NCBI GenBank assembly: GCA_964252035.1
Contig: OZ176200.1
DNA from: Podarcis erhardii
Taxonomy: Eukaryota
Length of the DNA stretch: 64,000 nucleotides
Strand: one strand, 5' to 3'
Shown here in pieces: positions 60,049-64,000 of the stretch. The notes under the pieces were generated by a model. That model ran no database searches and was not told the origin of the DNA. It saw nothing but the letters and a program-made list of their open reading frames with translations. Position 1 is the first letter of the stretch, and the number at the start of each line of letters is the position of its first letter. The translations under genes were made by a program, and so were the position numbers.

Positions 60049-62843
60049 TTATATTTAAATTTATAGACAGCTAGCTAAGCCTTGTCCAGTATGCCCACTT
60101 ACGATGGAACATGTTGATTTTAAAGGGCTGGAATGGGATTGCAAGAGTAGCCTTCTGTCTAACGAATAAAATAACAGTTCTCTTCAGCGAGGTTTCTTCC
60201 TAAAACAAACAGAAAACACACCTAGCAGACTTTTCATCCACTTTATAAAATAAGATAAATGTTTTGCTCCAAGGGCTGCATGTAACAACTAGCTTTAAAG
60301 CTGATGGCAGAGTTTACTCAGTGCTACTTCCCAACCAAAAAATATTCCCCCTGCCAACAGCAAGTGCATAGGTCATTCCTGCACACCTGATGTTTTGCTG
60401 GGAAATGTCCTTGGCTTGGAGATATAAAGAAAGCCAATGTAAAAAGAAAGTGGGAGTAATTACAGTTATCAAAGGCATTTACTATATAGCAGTAGTGGTT
60501 TCTGACCAGTTACGCTTCTATCAAAGCCGGAGTGGGGTATGGGATGAATGCTTTAGGTTTCCTAACAAATATAATCCTTTCTCTTTCTGCGGAGCAGGTG
60601 GCTGATTATCGAAGACGTCCTTGAACTTGGAAGCTTGCCCTCAATCAACTGTTTCAGGGCTGTGGCCACAAATCAACATGATAATACTGCTAGCACCTAA
60701 GTGATTCAAAGAATAAAGTTGGCCCAAATAGGATTGCATCCAACTGATGTCGGACTGTCCTTAATTGTTCATGTTTGCAAATCTAGTCTGAGACATGAAC
60801 TCCTTCTGCTGTGATAAGCAATTCTGTTGATGTTTTGTTAATTGGCCAAAGCTCTCTAAATTAGTTAGGCCACCTGAAGTAAACAGACCTCCAACTTTTA
60901 GATACAGTATTAACATTTTATCCTGTGACCCTTGCAAAGGGGATCCTTTCACAGGAAGAGCTTATTCCAGATGGGATCTAGTTTGAACATTTGTCAGTCT
61001 GCAAATCTGTGCAGGTATCATGGAAGCTTTATGTATTGCCCCCACTTACAGTCCCTGATACATACAACCACATGCTGCTATACTCTGAGTATCATTGATG
61101 CATTGGCCACTATTGAAGGATGCAAACATTTTAAATAGGGTCTGAAGACTGGGATACCTGAAGTAACTATCTAAGAACATTAAAAGTGTGGAATGATGAA
61201 TGATGCCTGATGTAGCTCATTCTGTAATGCAGCTTGGCTTGCCAATGATAGAGCAAAGTGATGAATTCTTTGGCTCTAGAGAATTTATTGAGCTCAATGG
61301 GATGCTGTTGTGTTGAAACAAGAGGATAGGGAGTGCCCTACATTGTTATATCAGTAACTATCCAGGTTTTATTTCTGTGGTGAAATTGCACTCACTGTGG
61401 ATGGGCAGAAAAAGAACTGCTTGGGGCAAAGCATGCTGCCCCACCCTGAACAGGCCCCAGCCCCAGGGTTTAAAACTGTTAATGGGTCATTTAGGTATCA
61501 CAAACTCATTGCTGGTAACAGGGTGGGCTTTTTATTAAACTTAGTGGATTTTCCACAGGAAGGGAAAGTCCTGATTCAAATGGGGTGAAGAAATACAGGC
61601 TGGCATGTTGATGCTGATGATGTCATGTGATTGATGGGGGGGGTGGACCTTCATGCTTGAGCAGCACTGATCACACAATAAACACCCATCTGGAAGCACC
61701 TTGATTTTGTGTGTTTGTGTGTCTAAGTTTGTTCAGCCAAACCTGGGTTGACATTCAGTTCAAATGAACATGTAGAAATTCTAAAGACGCCCACTTGAAG
61801 CTTACCTGAGAATTGCAGCAGAGGAGGATACTGAAACAACAATCCTAAGGAAAAGCACTCTGCGTGATCCTGCTGCACAGGTTATTAGAAAGAGCAACAA
61901 ATGGGAATTCAGACAGGGTATATGGCCAAGCTGATAAGCAAAAGTAAAAGCCATAGCAAATATCAGTTTGACGGGGGTGAGAAGCCCTGATTCCTGGAGG
62001 CGAAAGTTGCCTTATCTTCTTTATCCATGTGACACAAAACATCCAACTCAAATTCACACATTATAGGAAACAGTTGGTTTCTTCCATATTCTCTCCACAT
62101 GTGAAGCTTGCAATATATGAGCAGAACCCCACATGTTGGGGCTTTCTAACATTCTGAAAGGGAAGTTGCACCCCATATTAACTAGGTGGTACCCTTTTAG
62201 CCTGAAAGAATACACGTATGTGAGATGGTGGCACAGTGTCTTCCACTGTCTTCCTGGATCCTCAGGGTCCAGTGTCTAAAAACAAGATTGATGTCAGGTA
62301 CACATATTACTAACCTTTGATGTAAGAGTTAATAGTGAACAGAACATACACAGGAGATACTAAAATACTGCTTCAACAAAGAGCTATTTTTGTAATAGCT
62401 GCACAAAAATATATGGAAAAGCACTTGGAGGGTGTGTGTGTGTGTGTGTGTATGTAGGCAACAGTCTAGGTGAGTGGAGAAAAATATTTATAGCTTCTTT
62501 CCCCCTTGTTCCACATTGATTACAGACTTTTGTCTGTCTCGTGGGGCACAGGCACACTTTATTAGTATGCATTGCCCACCTCTTCTTCTTAACAAATTCC
62601 AGACTAGGTCACTGGGTTTACTTGAGAATGGGGGTCTGTTTACACTCTGTGTATAAACTATTTCCCAGCAATATTAAGAAATGATGTCATTTTATAACTT
62701 TTATTGCTTAACGTTGCAAAGATTCAGACAAGGCATTTTATGCCCTATTAATTATAAAAAGAATTTTATGGCAATGTTAATAGATCTAGCTACTTTTAAC
62801 ATTCAGCTAAAGGACCAGAAATGTAAAATACTATTTTTTTTCT

Positions 62844-62844
<1 letters not shown>

Positions 62845-62898
<54 letters not shown>
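62845..62898. repeat. (AG)n microsatellite
   Basis: Direct reading. Confidence 0.95.
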
Positions 62899-62903
<5 letters not shown>

Positions 62904-63190
62904 CTCACTGCTATTACTGTAGAAGTCTAGAAGGAAGCATAGGAACATTAGTTTCCAGGGTGCATAGCATAGTCTAAAGTGATGCCAAAATGCTGTTAGT
63001 TTTCCAGTTCAGTGACATTTCCCCAGTGGTGCATGGTAATATCAGATGGAGACAACATGGGTAATGGACAGATACAGTGCTCACCTTCCATTCTTACTTC
63101 TCCAACCCACAGAGCCTTGTGCACTCTGATGTGGCAAGAAACAGAACAAATATTTATGTGATTTTAGTAGGTTGATACTAACAGGATGAA

Positions 63191-63546
63191 GGGACATGGG
63201 TGGCGCTGTGGGTTAAACCACAGAGCCTAGGAGTTGCCGATCAGAAGGTCGGCGGTTCGAATTCCCACGATGGGGTGAGCTCCCATTGCTCGGTCCCAGC
63301 TCCTGCCAACCTAGCAGTTCAAAAGCACGTCAAAGTGCAAGTAGATAAATAGGTATCGCTCCGGTGGGAAGGTAAATGGCGTTTCCGTGTGCTGCTCTGG
63401 TTTGCCAGAAGCGGCTTAGTCATGCTGGCCACGTGACCCGGAAACTGTACGCTGGCTCTCTCGGCCAATAAAGTGAGATGAGCGCCGCAACCCCAGAGTC
63501 GGTCATGACTGGACCTAATGGTCAGGGGTCCCTTTGCCTTTACTTT
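63191..63546 (+). mobile_element. Sauria SINE (variant A), full length
   Basis: gggacatgggtggcgctgtgggttaaacc head; GGTTCGAATTC B-box; 12-bp TSD TACTAACAGGAT at 63176-63187 and 63547-63558. Confidence 0.92.
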
Positions 63547-63639
63547 TACTAACAGGATACTTGAGAGCATAAGAGCAGCCCTGCTATACCATCCGCTGCC
63601 TGGTAAAGAAATGGAACTCAGTTCTCCCATGGCCTGATG

Positions 63640-63978
63640 ATTACCAGCTGGTGGTGACACAGAGGTGGACTTTTTTCAATGGTGCTACTAGTGTGCTGGA
63701 ATGCTCTCTCTTCTGGAATATGAAAGGCTTCATCAGTATTGGCATTCTGCAGGCTCTTGAGGACGCATCTGTTCACACAAGTGCTCTCTTGCTTTCCTGA
63801 CAAGAGTTACCTGGTTTTCATTGTTATATTGTTTTAATATGTTTCTTTGTTGTACATTTTAGTTATGGATGTTTCAGTGAAATTTTTATTGTGCATTTTA
63901 ATTATGTTTCACCTTATTTTTATAACTCATTTTACATTGAGAAACCGTTTTGACAAGGAAGCCACAAACAAACAAACA
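63640..63978 (+). mobile_element. Degenerate L2 3' end
   Basis: ggactttttcaatggtgctact..tgctggaatgctctc (AFS.V.P.LWNALP-like); T-rich 3'UTR; (AAAC)n tail. Confidence 0.55.
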
Positions 63979-64000
63979 AAACTGAACTGCCATCTAGTCC

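Noticed and set aside
60570-60660. Pyrimidine tract + CAG suggesting an exon
   Set aside because: Stop codon soon after, no convincing donor, and no similarity to a known neighbouring gene
19137-63260. tRNA genes at A/B-box-like motifs
   Set aside because: All are partial or diverged heads attached to SINE bodies; none forms a complete cloverleaf

Overview
Vertebrate genomic DNA from a squamate reptile, most likely a lacertid lizard; this is inferred from Sauria SINEs, Squam3-like SINEs and lizard-type L2/CR1/Penelope repeats. The only supportable protein-coding gene is IGF2 on the + strand. Its three coding exons (7064-7217, 13386-13552, 14341-14583) have canonical GT-AG junctions and splice to a 187-aa prepro-IGF-II: 23-aa signal, 68-aa mature hormone with all six Cys, and 96-aa E-peptide. 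A repeat-free ~4.1 kb stretch follows as the probable 3'UTR (AATAAA at 14997 and 18701). The IGF2 promoter and upstream exon(s) were not identified in the window. The remaining ~45 kb is intergenic DNA downstream of IGF2, the side where therian mammals carry the ICR and H19. It is dense in transposon relics (L2, CR1, L1-like, Penelope, SINEs, mariner-type and hAT-type MITEs, one solo LTR) and has a 153-N assembly gap at 50131-50283. The most interesting observations are: a stem-loop plus G-quadruplex module in the 3'UTR placed like the mammalian IGF2 mRNA cleavage site; a patchwork of locally templated sequence around one MITE; MITE-borne near-matches to the H19 ICR CTCF consensus; a cryptic acceptor/poly(A)/CA-repeat/uORF cassette just before the first coding exon; and a candidate orphan 48-nt exon. 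All regulatory and structural interpretations are inference from sequence alone.
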